Shown: piece by piece, positions 9,327 through 18,722 of the stretch | Layout of the letters: each line of letters starts with the position of its first letter | Position numbering within the stretch: position 1 is the stretch's first letter | Assembly (NCBI GenBank): GCA_043811995.1 | Contig: JBDRMP010000055.1 | Location: forward strand, 372 to 64,371 | DNA: 64,000 bases | Direction: 5' to 3' | Source of the DNA: Planctomycetota bacterium | GTDB lineage: Bacteria > Planctomycetota > Phycisphaerae > Sedimentisphaerales > Anaerobacaceae | The notes under the pieces: generated by a model | What the model saw: only the letters and a program-made list of their open reading frames with translations | Told to the model about the DNA's origin: nothing | Database searches by the model: none | Position numbers and translations under genes: made by a program

Positions 9327-10646
9327 TTACAGGTTTTTCAAAAGGACGTTAGCAGGCGACTTTTCGATTAATTCACCGAACTGCCGCAGGGAGTCGGACA
9401 GCTTGTCAAGCTCGTTTGATTTGGCCACGGGTATGTCTGAAGTGCCTCGCTGCTCAAGACGGTCTATCACAAACTTGACGGTGATTTTTTCGGCGTCGAT
9501 TGCGGGCTGATAGGCAAGCTCTTTGTCCTCGCCTTTTCTTACCTCGGATGCAACACCTGATTCGGACAGCTCGTACAAAATCTGTCTGACTAACCGAATC
9601 GGTATATCAAGCTCGTGCGAAAGCCCGGAGGCATCACAGGGTTTTTTGCCATCGCAAAAATTCTTAACCAATCGCTGCATAATAAGCATAGATAATAACG
9701 TCTTGAACGAATGGCTGACAGACAGACAATCCGGCTCAAACTCGTATGTCTCGACGTTTTGATGCGCAAACGACACCTCGGCCCCGAAAAGGACTATAAG
9801 CCAGCTCGTCTGAAGCCAGATTAAAAACAACGGCAACGCCGCAAAACTGCCGTAAATCGCGTATTTTTTGGCGATAAGAAACTGGAAATTCAGATATGCC
9901 CACTGAGCAAGCTGGAATATCGTGCCGGCTACTATCCCCGCTATTAGAGCGGACTTGAATTTCACCTTCGTGTTGGGCATAAAAATGAAGATAAAAGTGA
10001 ACGCAATCCAGATTGTGCAATACGGCAGTAATTTTAGCAGCAGCCAGAACACCGGCCCAAGTTTCTGCAACAGGGGAATTTTCTCGATGACAAGGCGAAT
10101 CTGGTCGCTTGCGAAGGCAGTTGCGCTTGCCGCTATAGCCAGCAGAATCGGGCACAACAGCATCATTGCCAGGTAGTCGCTGAATTTTCTGCCGAAAGAC
10201 CTGGGTTTTACTACGCCCCAGATAAGGTTAAAAGAGCTCTCGATATTGCTGAGAAGGCTGATTATGGTCCAGAGTAAAATGGCGATGCCGATGCCCGCCA
10301 CCAAACCGCCGCTTGCCTTGTCAAGGAGAGCATTTGCAAACGCTATTATTCTATTCGCAACTTCCTCCTGGCCTTTAAGCCGTTCGAGCACCTGTGCTGC
10401 AACACGTCCCTGCAGATTGAATCCCTTGGCAATCCCGAACATAACGGCAAGAACCGGCACAATTGAAAGCAGCGTAAACAAGGTCAGTGCAGATGCTCTT
10501 AACTTGCATTTATTCTCGTTAAAGCCGCGCCAGGCAAGAACTACTATTCGGATAAGGCGAATAATAAAGGATTTACCCCGCGGATGGTCCTTCAGGCGCA
10601 TCCGCCAGATGTCCGTTTTGATGAAATTCATCCATTTTGCAAGCAT
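9327..10646 (-). CDS. YihY/BrkB family membrane protein with a C-terminal winged-helix-like extension
   Basis: MLAKWMNFIKTDIWRMRLKDHPRGKSFIIRLIRIVVLAWRGFNENKCKLRASALTLFTLLSIVPVLAV is the characteristic YihY N-terminus, and the protein has six TM segments. The track ORF starts 12 codons earlier (10682). Confidence 0.85.
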   Translation of the reverse strand: MLAKWMNFIKTDIWRMRLKDHPRGKSFIIRLIRIVVLAWRGFNENKCKLRASALTLFTLLSIVPVLAVMFGIAKGFNLQGRVAAQVLERLKGQEEVANRIIAFANALLDKASGGLVAGIGIAILLWTIISLLSNIESSFNLIWGVVKPRSFGRKFSDYLAMMLLCPILLAIAASATAFASDQIRLVIEKIPLLQKLGPVFWLLLKLLPYCTIWIAFTFIFIFMPNTKVKFKSALIAGIVAGTIFQLAQWAYLNFQFLIAKKYAIYGSFAALPLFLIWLQTSWLIVLFGAEVSFAHQNVETYEFEPDCLSVSHSFKTLLSMLIMQRLVKNFCDGKKPCDASGLSHELDIPIRLVRQILYELSESGVASEVRKGEDKELAYQPAIDAEKITVKFVIDRLEQRGTSDIPVAKSNELDKLSDSLRQFGELIEKSPANVLLKNL

Positions 10647-10827
10647 AACAAGCCCCTTCTCAATCCAGGTTACCCTATCCAACGCCGCGGCAAAGTATAC
10701 CGTAAACCGGGGCTACTTTCAACGATAATGCCTGTTCCATACGTTCCCGAAAACGCCAACAGCGACCCAATCGGTCTCCGACATGCACATTTTTTTTGCA
10801 AGGTCCCAAAATACTTGCGATTTCTGC

Positions 10828-10855
10828 TTGATTTTTTGTTTGGCCCATGTATAAT
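10828..10855 (+). promoter_or_regulatory. near-consensus sigma-70 promoter
   Basis: TTGATT (10828-10833), 16-nt spacer, TATAAT (10850-10855). It points into the 650-bp gap between yihY and the DUF1015 gene. Confidence 0.5.
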
Positions 10856-10902
10856 GCCTTCTGTTGTTCGTTATCCGCAACGAACGTACGGGAGGTGTGT
10901 TT

Positions 10903-11190
10903 ATGAGATATATTTGGAGAAGGGTATTGGGGCGATGCCCCCGGTGTGGACAACGGCTCAACGGATACAAAACAACCAGCGAGAGAGTTTGTGAAATTAA
11001 CAGCAGAGCAAGCCGTTTGACTGGTGAGTTAGGGCGCACCCCGTTAGCCCAAAATTGCAGCCAGTGCAACCGTCTTATATTTGAGGGAGAGTCGGGGTTC
11101 GTCCAGCGATACCTGCTGGTTGACATCCTGGACTGGCGGCCAACTTGTGACGGCTCCGCGCAGAACCACGGCCTGCAGAAACACGTTTAA
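10903..11190 (+). CDS. candidate small Cys-rich (CxxC...CxxC) protein
   Basis: GGGAGG lies 8 nt upstream of the ATG at 10903. 95 aa: MRYIWRRVLGRCPRCGQRL...NCSQCNRLIF... with two CxxC pairs. It is preceded by a 7-bp hairpin (GTTCGTT/AACGAAC) and the promoter at 10828. No homolog recognised, so it could be non-coding. Confidence 0.35.
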   Translation: MRYIWRRVLGRCPRCGQRLNGYKTTSERVCEINSRASRLTGELGRTPLAQNCSQCNRLIFEGESGFVQRYLLVDILDWRPTCDGSAQNHGLQKHV

Positions 11191-11206
11191 TGTCCAGGTT
11201 CTTTAA

Positions 11207-11236
11207 TTGACAAGCCCACCTGTAATCTGGTAATCT
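11207..11236 (+). promoter_or_regulatory. sigma-70-like promoter candidate for the DUF1015/aminotransferase pair
   Basis: TTGACA (11207-11212), 18-nt spacer, TAATCT (11231-11236), about 105 nt upstream of the ATG at 11341. Confidence 0.45.
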
Positions 11237-11340
11237 TTCCGCTTCGTAAAAATTGAGAAGCCCTGTATTGCGGGTTTTTAGATATTACTCGCCTCAGGTG
11301 CTCACAAGCGGGCGTTTATGGTGGTGTCAAGCGTGTGATA

Positions 11341-12651
11341 ATGGAAATCAGACCATTTAAGGCGTACAGGTTCAATGAGGCGGTCGTCGGCGACGTCGGG
11401 CGATGCATTGCGCCTCCCTACGACGTTATCGACCCCGGACTTCAGGAGCGGCTCTACAAAGGAAGCAAATATAATATCGTCCAGATAACAAGGGGTCGGA
11501 CCGACCCATCGGATAACCAGAGTGAAAACCGGTACACAAGGGCGGCCAAACTGCTTTCCGACTGGCTTGCGACGGAAGTGCTGAAACGCGACGAAGCCGA
11601 CGCTATTTACGGGTATATCCAGGATTTTCAGGTTGCAGGCGGGAAATTTCAGCGGCTAAGCTTTATTTCGCTTGCAAAGCTCGAAGAGCTCGGAAAAGGC
11701 GTCCGTCCGCACGAACATACACTTGCGGAACCCAAAGTTGACCGGCTGAACTTAAGAAGAGCCACCAAAGCCGCCTTCGGTGTGGTTTTCATGCTATACC
11801 AGGACGGCGACAATATCGCCGACAAAATAATCCAAAAAGCCGCGGAACAAAGACCGCTCATAGATTTCCTCGACGAGCAGCAAGTCCGGCATCGACTTTT
11901 TGCAGTCGCAGATACCGGCGACGTAGAGAAAATCGCAAAAATGATGAATACAAAGACCTGTATCATCGCCGACGGTCATCACCGTTACGAAACCGCCCTG
12001 AACTATTACAAGGAAACCGGCAACCCCGCTGCGCAATACGTGACGGCGGCATTTGTAAACACATCTCAGGAAGGCCTGCTCATCCTCGCGACACACCGCC
12101 TGATACAAAACGTTAAAAACTTTAACGCGAAGAAAATGCTCGCCGAACTGCAGAAGGACTTTGACCTGACCACATTCAGCTTTGACGGCTGCGACACCAA
12201 ACAGCAGGCCAAGAAAAAGATGCTGGACAAAATGAAAGCCGAATTTGATACCGACAAGAATGCCTTCGGAATATATACCGGGGACAACGCTTTTTATGTT
12301 GCTGTGCTCAAAGACAAACACCAGATGGATGCCGCGGCGCTGAATATGAGCGAACACTGGAAATCCCTCGATGTGACCGTGCTGCACAAGCTCATTATCG
12401 AAAAACACCTCGGCATCAACGAACAGGGGCTTGCCGAAGGGGGCAATATCGAATACGTTAAAGATACCGGTGAGGCAATTGATGATTCCATAAACCAGGT
12501 TGACAGTGGCGACAAGCAGGCCGCTTTTTTTGTAAATCCGACGAAAATGGAACAAATCGAGTCGGTCACCGCAGCCGGCGAAAGAATGCCTCAGAAATCG
12601 ACTTTCTTTTTTCCGAAGGTCTATACCGGCCTGGTGATAAACAAATACTAA
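11341..12651 (+). CDS. DUF1015 family protein
   Basis: MEIRPFKAYRFNEAVVGDVGRCIAPPYDVI... and ...IADGHHRYETAL... are hallmark DUF1015 blocks. Confidence 0.85.
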   Translation: MEIRPFKAYRFNEAVVGDVGRCIAPPYDVIDPGLQERLYKGSKYNIVQITRGRTDPSDNQSENRYTRAAKLLSDWLATEVLKRDEADAIYGYIQDFQVAGGKFQRLSFISLAKLEELGKGVRPHEHTLAEPKVDRLNLRRATKAAFGVVFMLYQDGDNIADKIIQKAAEQRPLIDFLDEQQVRHRLFAVADTGDVEKIAKMMNTKTCIIADGHHRYETALNYYKETGNPAAQYVTAAFVNTSQEGLLILATHRLIQNVKNFNAKKMLAELQKDFDLTTFSFDGCDTKQQAKKKMLDKMKAEFDTDKNAFGIYTGDNAFYVAVLKDKHQMDAAALNMSEHWKSLDVTVLHKLIIEKHLGINEQGLAEGGNIEYVKDTGEAIDDSINQVDSGDKQAAFFVNPTKMEQIESVTAAGERMPQKSTFFFPKVYTGLVINKY

Positions 12652-12674
12652 CTTTATTTTATAGGAGTATGCCA

Positions 12675-13763
12675 ATGGCAGACTGGAGAAAACCCCCAAG
12701 ATTGTTCATTCCCGGACCTGTGATGGTCAAGGAAGACGTCCTTGCGCAGTTGGCAGGGCCGACGCTGGGACACCGGGGCAAAGAGTACGCCCAACTTCAC
12801 GGTGAAGTTCTGGATATGCTCAAGAAAATCCTCTTCACCAGCCAGAACGTCTTCTTAGTCACGTCGTCGGCATCGGGATTCTGGGAGGCCTCCATTCGAA
12901 ATTGCGTTGATTTCAATGAGACGGCATTAGCCACCTGTTGCGGCGCGTTCAGCGATAAATGGGCCGACGTGGCGAGAAGCTGCGGCAGAAATGTCGATGA
13001 GCTTAAGGTCGAATGGGGCCAGGCGACAACCGCTGAACTCATCGACAAGAAGCTGGCAACCGGCAAATACGCCGCAGTAACGCTGGTCTATAACGAAACA
13101 AGCACCGGCCTTACCAACCCGCTTTACGAAGTCAGCGAAATGATGAAAAAGAAATACCCCGACGTGCTCGTATTCGTCGATGCCGTAAGCGGTATGGTGG
13201 GGCTGCCTTTGCACTTTGATAAACTGGGCTGGGACGTCGTTTTTGCCTCGGTCCAGAAGGCGTTTGCCCTTCCGCCCGGCTTTACCGTCGCAGTCGTGAG
13301 CAACCGCGCTATGGAAAAAAGCAAAAAGGTCCCCCAAAGGGGCTATTACTTCGACTTCCAGAACTTCGCCAAGTCCAACGAGAAAAACCAGACGCCGACA
13401 ACGCCGAGCATACCGCACGTTATGGGCTTGCATTACCAGTGCAGCAAACTGCTCAAGGAAGGTATGGAGAACGTCTGGAAGCGACACAGGGAAATGGGCG
13501 ATTTCGTGAGAAGCTGGGCGAAGGAACGGTTCGGACTGTTTTGTGACGAAAAATATGCCTCCAACACGCTGACAACCATCAAGAACACAAGAGGCATCGT
13601 AGTCGCCGATGTCATAAAGGCCGTGCAGGAAAAGCATAACACCGCCTTCGGCAACGGCTACGGCAAGCTGAAAGAACAGACCTTCCGAATCGCACATATG
13701 GGCGACATCACGCTGGCAGACCTCAAGGAGCTACTCGGCTGGATTGACGCAGAGCTGAAATAG
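12675..13763 (+). CDS. class-V aminotransferase (serine-pyruvate / alanine-glyoxylate / phosphoserine aminotransferase-like)
   Basis: ...LFIPGPVMVKEDVL...HRGKEY...NETSTGL...SVQKAFALPPG (PLP-Lys context). AGGAG lies 7 nt before the ATG at 12675; the track start is 12669. Confidence 0.8.
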   Translation: MADWRKPPRLFIPGPVMVKEDVLAQLAGPTLGHRGKEYAQLHGEVLDMLKKILFTSQNVFLVTSSASGFWEASIRNCVDFNETALATCCGAFSDKWADVARSCGRNVDELKVEWGQATTAELIDKKLATGKYAAVTLVYNETSTGLTNPLYEVSEMMKKKYPDVLVFVDAVSGMVGLPLHFDKLGWDVVFASVQKAFALPPGFTVAVVSNRAMEKSKKVPQRGYYFDFQNFAKSNEKNQTPTTPSIPHVMGLHYQCSKLLKEGMENVWKRHREMGDFVRSWAKERFGLFCDEKYASNTLTTIKNTRGIVVADVIKAVQEKHNTAFGNGYGKLKEQTFRIAHMGDITLADLKELLGWIDAELK

Positions 13764-13792
13764 TTCCTTCCTGTGAAAACAAGGCCATTCAC

Positions 13793-13824
13793 AAAGACCC
13801 CCGACCTGTCGGGGGTCTTTTTTG
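13793..13824 (+). terminator. rho-independent terminator
   Basis: Perfect 10-bp stem GACCCCCGAC / GTCGGGGGTC (13796-13805 / 13808-13817) followed by TTTTTTG. A-rich on the 5' side, so it may work in both directions. Confidence 0.85.
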
Positions 13825-13986
13825 TGTGCTGCAATTTATAAACTGCATAAACGTATAACCGCTGAGATAAAGGGGGAATTGAGGATATCATCTGATTATC
13901 ATTTGCAGACCACATAGAAACCTGGATAATATGGAAAAGTAGGAGTTAATAAAATTGAAAATTAATAAAATAATAGGTGACTGTCC

Positions 13987-14008
13987 CTAATTATACTCTA
14001 ATTATACT
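13987..14008. repeat. tandem direct repeat, 2 x 11 bp (CTAATTATACT)
   Basis: CTAATTATACT CTAATTATACT read directly, inside the ~600-bp A+T-rich spacer upstream of the PEP-CTERM gene. Confidence 0.9.
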
Positions 14009-14363
14009 TAGAGAATGGAACGATATGTTTACAAAAAAGCACGCGTCCGATAACATTTTCCATTGACACGGGCTGCGGAAACTGTTAGGCTTGATCTTGT
14101 CAAGAGTAGTCAAAAATATGTGTAGATATTGGCGGTTCCCTCGTGAGGAGGGTCAAGCCAAAAAAGAAGAGAAACAGTTGCGTTATCATTCGTTTGCGTT
14201 GAACAGGCACAAGGTGAAAAAATTAGTGCTTGTTTGATGTTGTTCGAGACACGCGCAATATGTAAGTGAAGAGAGTGTGTTTGTCAAGAGCATCAAAAAT
14301 CCTGGCTTGTTGTCAGGACAAAAGAAGAAAAGAATGAATGACAACGAAGAAGGAGGGGTAGAT

Positions 14364-15137
14364 ATGTGTAAAAAATTGTTTTTTATGTTGATTGTTCTGG
14401 CTGTTGTGGGACTGGCTGTCCCGGCAAGTGCTGCTGACTACTGGAAGCCCGGCGACTGGAACGGATGGGCCACAAATGTCGACCAGATGACCGACAACGG
14501 AGACGGCACGTTCTCGAATACGATCACAGGGCTGGTACCCGGCTCGCGTCATGAGTTCAAGTTCTACGAGAGTGAGTCGGAGACCTTATACCCCGGGGCC
14601 GGGCCAGGAAACAGTTGGTTCTATGCCGATGCTGAAGGTTCAATTACCATCGGGTTGAACACCAACACTGTAAATGACGGCTGGCTGGGCCAGACCATGC
14701 GCATCGGCCTGAGCACCGACGGAAGTGGCGCAGGCTGGACGCTCGCTGGCGGCTTCAGCGATTGCGGCCTGGGATATCCCGATTGGGATATTTCAGCAGC
14801 CACCGGCCTGTCGATGACGGACGAGGGCGGCGGGATTTACTCGCGGTCCCTGTATCTGCCGATGGGTGGCGCACCCGGTTGGGTAGGGGACCCGCTCAAC
14901 AACACCTATCCGTGGAAAGTCGCTGTCACCGGTACTTGGGATTCTATCAGCGTTGATACTCGCAGCGTAAACACGGCCAACGCTTTCGTCACGGTCTCAC
15001 CGGGCATGGAAGTCGTGACCTTCAACGTCGATGCCTATACCGGCGTGGTGAGAATAGTAGTCATTCCCGAGCCGGCAACAATTGGTCTGCTTGCCCTCGG
15101 CGGAATTATGATTCGGCACATGAGCCGAAAACGCTAA
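14364..15137 (+). CDS. PEP-CTERM-anchored secreted protein with two carbohydrate-binding-module-like repeats
   Basis: AGGAGG RBS before the ATG at 14364. Signal peptide MCKKLFFMLIVLAVVGLAVPASA. Two modules of type GDWNGW...M.D.GDG.FS...L.PG..HEFKF. The C-terminus VIPEPATIGLLALGGIMIRHMSRKR is a PEP-CTERM motif plus TM helix plus basic tail. Confidence 0.85.
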   Translation: MCKKLFFMLIVLAVVGLAVPASAADYWKPGDWNGWATNVDQMTDNGDGTFSNTITGLVPGSRHEFKFYESESETLYPGAGPGNSWFYADAEGSITIGLNTNTVNDGWLGQTMRIGLSTDGSGAGWTLAGGFSDCGLGYPDWDISAATGLSMTDEGGGIYSRSLYLPMGGAPGWVGDPLNNTYPWKVAVTGTWDSISVDTRSVNTANAFVTVSPGMEVVTFNVDAYTGVVRIVVIPEPATIGLLALGGIMIRHMSRKR

Positions 15138-15222
15138 ATAATATCAAGGTTTGAATTGCGAAAATCAATTCCTCTGCCGCATCCTGATTCATAGAGACGA
15201 GACATCGCAGCATAGTTAAAGA

Positions 15223-15250
15223 TTCTCGATTTATCGAGAACCTCTCTTTT
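15223..15250 (+). terminator. hairpin / weak terminator between convergent genes
   Basis: TTCTCGAT / ATCGAGAA 8-bp dyad (15223-15240) followed by CCTCTCTTTT. Confidence 0.4.
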
Positions 15251-15268
15251 GCCTTAGCCTTCTCAGCA

Positions 15269-15733
15269 TTACGAGCCGATATGGTAGCTGAACTCCAGAA
15301 TCCTCGGTTTTGCCAGCTTGCGGTAGTCGGCCATTGTTATACGAACGGCCTTGTCGTGCAACCCCGCCTGGAACACTATATGGTCGTCCGCCTCGAGGGC
15401 CTTGTCCATAAGTGTGGGTATATCATACAAGTTACCGAAAGGCGGCTCGGCCCCAAGCTCGCAATCACCACAGAGACGTCCCACTTCCTCTTCCTCGGCC
15501 AGCTCCACCGATTTGGCGCCAAGCTGCTTTTTCAAGGCCCCCAAATCCACTTTGTAGCAGGCGGCCAGCACGCACATCACGAACTTGCCGTCCGCCTTGA
15601 CTATTACGGGCTTGGCCACGAATTTCCCCGGCACGTGCTCCGCAGCCGCCATTTGCTGTGCGCTGAACGTCGGCTTATGCTCCTTTACCTCGCACTTCAC
15701 CCCCGCCTTTTTAAGATATTCCAGCACCTGCAT
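15269..15733 (-). CDS. YbaK/EbsC-type aminoacyl-tRNA editing (deacylase) domain protein
   Basis: MQVLEYLKKAGVKCEVKEHKPTFSAQQMAAAEHVPGKFVAKPVIVKADGKFVMCVL...AEPPFGNLY follows the YbaK family pattern. The start was trimmed from the track value 15796 to the Met preceding the domain. Confidence 0.75.
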   Translation of the reverse strand: MQVLEYLKKAGVKCEVKEHKPTFSAQQMAAAEHVPGKFVAKPVIVKADGKFVMCVLAACYKVDLGALKKQLGAKSVELAEEEEVGRLCGDCELGAEPPFGNLYDIPTLMDKALEADDHIVFQAGLHDKAVRITMADYRKLAKPRILEFSYHIGS

Positions 15734-15968
15734 TCCTGACCCTCCAAATAGAATCTCTTTGTGTTCCCCCGTTGCCCCCGCGTCTTGCTGTCGCAAGACA
15801 GCAGCGGGGGCAAAACGGCGGGGGCCGCTTTTCCGTTGCTTTTACCTTCGTCCCGGCAACCTGTCAACCCCCCGCTCAAAAAAACTTTTGCCTGCCGAAC
15901 CCTGTGTGAATACAATCGTATAAGAAGCAAAACTTATAAAATAGTCAAGATATTATGGAGGTCCTGAA

Positions 15969-17474
15969 ATGAACGCGGTCGCCTATTCAACCAGAAACAA
16001 AAAACTCTCACACGCGCAAACCCTTTTTCTCAGCTTTATCATCCTATTACTGATTACCCCCCTAACAATCGCCGAGGACTCAAAAAGTATCGATACCCTT
16101 CGACAGTTAGGCAAGGCCTTTGCAACTATCGCCGAAAAGGCCTCCCCGGCAGTCGTTTCCATCAAGGTGGAAAAACGCGTAACAGTCAATTATCCGAGCT
16201 TTCAATCCCCCTTCGGCAACGAGCCATTTGACCCCTTCAGCGATGATTTCTTCGACCAGTTCTTCCGCAGAAGGTCTCCTCAGCAACAGCCGCAACAACC
16301 AAAACGCTCCCCAAAACGCGAATTTCACCAGACCGGCCAGGGCTCCGGCTTCATCGTCTCCGAAGACGGGTATATCCTCACCAATAATCACCTCGTGGGA
16401 GATGTGGACGAAGTAACGGTGACGCTGACCGACGGCAGAAACTTTACGGCAAAAATCATCGGCACCGACCCCGACTCCGACGTCGCTGTTGTCAAAATTG
16501 ACTCCAAGAACCTGCCTACTCTGGAGCTGGCCGACTCCGACAAAATAGAGGTCGGTCAATGGGTCATCGCTATCGGCAATCCCTTCGGGCTAAGCCACAC
16601 CGTTACTGCCGGAATCGTCAGCGCAAAGGGCAGAAGCGGTCTGGGGATTTCAGCTTATGAGGACTTTATTCAGACCGACGCCGCAATCAATCCCGGTAAC
16701 TCCGGCGGGCCGTTAGTTGACCTCGACAGCGAGGTGGTCGGAATCAATACCGCTATCATAGGTCCAGGCGGAAATATAGGTATTGGCTTAGCCATCCCCA
16801 TCGACATCGCCAAATACGCTTACGAGCAAATCATATCCAAAGGTTCCGTCACCCGGGGCTATCTCGGCGTCGCCATCCAGGACTTGACGCCCGACCTGGC
16901 CGAACAGTTCGATATCAATGATATAAAAGGAGTCCTTGTCCCCGACGTTACGGCGGATTCGGCGGCAGAGAAGGCGGGCATCAAACCCGGCGACGTCATC
17001 GTTGAATTCGAAGGCCAGCCGGTGGGAAAAGCGTCCGAGCTGCAAAATAAAGTCGCTATGAAAAAACCGGGCACAAAAGTGGAAATCGTCGTCCTGCGCA
17101 ACGGCAAACGCAAAACGATTACCGCTGAACTCGACAAACGCCCCTCGAAAGAAGTTCTTGAGGCGGGCAGCGGGGGGCAATCCTCTGAAAAGCTGGGCGT
17201 CTCGGTTCAAAATCTTACCGACGAGCTGGCGAAACGCTATGGTTACGAAGGTCTCAAAGGCGTTATAGTCGCCGATGTTGAGCCCGATTCGCCGGCTGCC
17301 GGGGCAGGCATCCAGCCGGGCAGTTTAATCCAGGAGGTAAACCGGCAGCCCGTAGAAAACACAGGACAATTTAACGAGGAAATTCGAAAAGCCGCTGAAG
17401 AAGGCAAGGTTATGCTGCGCGTCAGATATGAAAACCGCAGCATTTTCGTTATACTGTCGCTGCCGAAAGATTGA
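15969..17474 (+). CDS. htrA: periplasmic serine endoprotease DegP/HtrA (Do family), two PDZ domains
   Basis: GSGFIVSEDGYILTNNHLV (His), DSDVAVVKI (Asp) and GNSGGPLVD (Ser) form the catalytic triad blocks. Two PDZ-like segments follow (GVLV..V...SAAEKAGIKPGDVI and GVIVADVEPDSPAAGAGIQPGSLI). Confidence 0.92.
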   Translation: MNAVAYSTRNKKLSHAQTLFLSFIILLLITPLTIAEDSKSIDTLRQLGKAFATIAEKASPAVVSIKVEKRVTVNYPSFQSPFGNEPFDPFSDDFFDQFFRRRSPQQQPQQPKRSPKREFHQTGQGSGFIVSEDGYILTNNHLVGDVDEVTVTLTDGRNFTAKIIGTDPDSDVAVVKIDSKNLPTLELADSDKIEVGQWVIAIGNPFGLSHTVTAGIVSAKGRSGLGISAYEDFIQTDAAINPGNSGGPLVDLDSEVVGINTAIIGPGGNIGIGLAIPIDIAKYAYEQIISKGSVTRGYLGVAIQDLTPDLAEQFDINDIKGVLVPDVTADSAAEKAGIKPGDVIVEFEGQPVGKASELQNKVAMKKPGTKVEIVVLRNGKRKTITAELDKRPSKEVLEAGSGGQSSEKLGVSVQNLTDELAKRYGYEGLKGVIVADVEPDSPAAGAGIQPGSLIQEVNRQPVENTGQFNEEIRKAAEEGKVMLRVRYENRSIFVILSLPKD

Positions 17475-17493
17475 TGCCATCAAACTCAAATTT

Positions 17494-17524
17494 AAAGCCC
17501 CGCAAAAAGCGGGGCTTTTTTTTG
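17494..17524 (+). terminator. rho-independent terminator
   Basis: GCCCCGC AAAAA GCGGGGC (17497-17515) followed by T8. Confidence 0.85.
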
Positions 17525-17644
17525 CGTTTTTTACAACAACTGTAACAGCAGTTATGTTTTCGTATTTGATGCTTGTCGTATCAGCGCAACGCGGCTATAC
17601 TGAAACCGACAAAAAACCGAACTCAAAAAGGAGGTGTTTTTAAA

Positions 17645-18715
17645 ATGCAGATGATTCTGCAGAACTGGGAAAAGATTGCCTGGGTCCTCGGCGTGCCGGC
17701 TGTCGCCATCGTAATCGCCGTCATTGCACATTTCATCCTCTTCAAAATCCTCAAAAAAATCAGCCGGCAATTCAAGGACCTGCCGGATAACTCTATCGCC
17801 AGACGTTGCAGCAGTGTCACCAGATGGCTGATTATTGCCCTCGCAGTCAGATTCGTCATCCCGATGCTGGCGCTATCTGAGCGGTTTGCCGAACCGGTCA
17901 TGCACGTGCTTTCACTGGTGCTGATTGCATTTTTCTCGGCCCTGCTTATCAAACTGACATACGTCTTCGACGACTTCATCCTGCACCGTTTCAGCGTTTC
18001 CGAAAGAGACAACCTCAAGGCCAGAAAGGTGCATACCCAGCTCAACGTCCTCAAGAGAATCTTCATCGTCATAGTGATACTGATAGCCGTCGCAACAATG
18101 CTGATGACCTTCGAGAGGGTCCGTGCCCTCGGCACGGCGATGCTCGCTTCGGCAGGTATTGTGGGTATCGTTATCGGTATGGCGGCACAGAAAACCATCG
18201 GGACATTTATCGCAGGCCTGCAAATCGCCATTACCCAGCCCATCAGAATCGACGACGTGGTCATTGTCGAAAACGAATGGGGCAGAATCGAGGAAATGAC
18301 GCTTACCTACGTCGTCGTCAGAATCTGGGACCTAAGACGATTAGTCGTCCCCATTACTTACTTCATAGAAAAACCCTTCCAGAACTGGACCCGCATATCG
18401 GCGGATTTGTTAGGCACGGTCTTTCTCTACGTCGATTACACCGTCCCGGTAGAGGCCATCCGAAAGGAATTACGCGACATCCTCGAAAGTTTACCGCAAT
18501 GGGACAAAAAGGTCTGTGCCGTTCAGGTAACCAATGCCACGGAGCGCACCGTCGAATTGCGAGCCCTTATGAGCGCCGCGGACGCGTCGAGTATGTGGGA
18601 GATGCGATGCATAGTCAGGGAGCGGCTTATAGATTTTATTCGCAAGAATTACCCCGCCGCTCTGCCGAAGCTGCGTGCCGAACTGGGGCAATCTTTGCCG
18701 ACGCCGAAGAAATAA
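17645..18715 (+). CDS. mechanosensitive ion channel family protein (MscS-like, third MS channel in the window)
   Basis: AAGGAGG RBS before the ATG at 17645. ...GIVIGMAAQKTIGTFIAGLQIAITQPIRIDDVVIVENEWGRIEEMTLTYVVVRIWDLRRLVVPITYF is the MscS TM3/beta-domain signature. Confidence 0.85.
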   Translation: MQMILQNWEKIAWVLGVPAVAIVIAVIAHFILFKILKKISRQFKDLPDNSIARRCSSVTRWLIIALAVRFVIPMLALSERFAEPVMHVLSLVLIAFFSALLIKLTYVFDDFILHRFSVSERDNLKARKVHTQLNVLKRIFIVIVILIAVATMLMTFERVRALGTAMLASAGIVGIVIGMAAQKTIGTFIAGLQIAITQPIRIDDVVIVENEWGRIEEMTLTYVVVRIWDLRRLVVPITYFIEKPFQNWTRISADLLGTVFLYVDYTVPVEAIRKELRDILESLPQWDKKVCAVQVTNATERTVELRALMSAADASSMWEMRCIVRERLIDFIRKNYPAALPKLRAELGQSLPTPKK

Positions 18716-18722
18716 GGCAACT

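Noticed and set aside
10860-11190. The ~330-nt promoter-driven region was checked as a possible RNase P RNA, tmRNA, SRP or 6S RNA.
   Set aside because: Only loose resemblances were found (CAGTGCAAC, CAGAACCACGGC), and in the wrong order for RNase P. There is no GGAAAGTCCGG P4 strand, no tRNA-like GGGG...CCACCA ends and no SRP domain IV motif. It is kept only as a candidate small ORF or unknown RNA.
11794-13697. Long antisense ORFs 11794-12699 (301 aa) and 12927-13697 (256 aa).
   Set aside because: They lie opposite the well-supported DUF1015 and aminotransferase genes, have Arg/Gly/Val-rich low-complexity translations typical of antisense frames, and carry no motifs.
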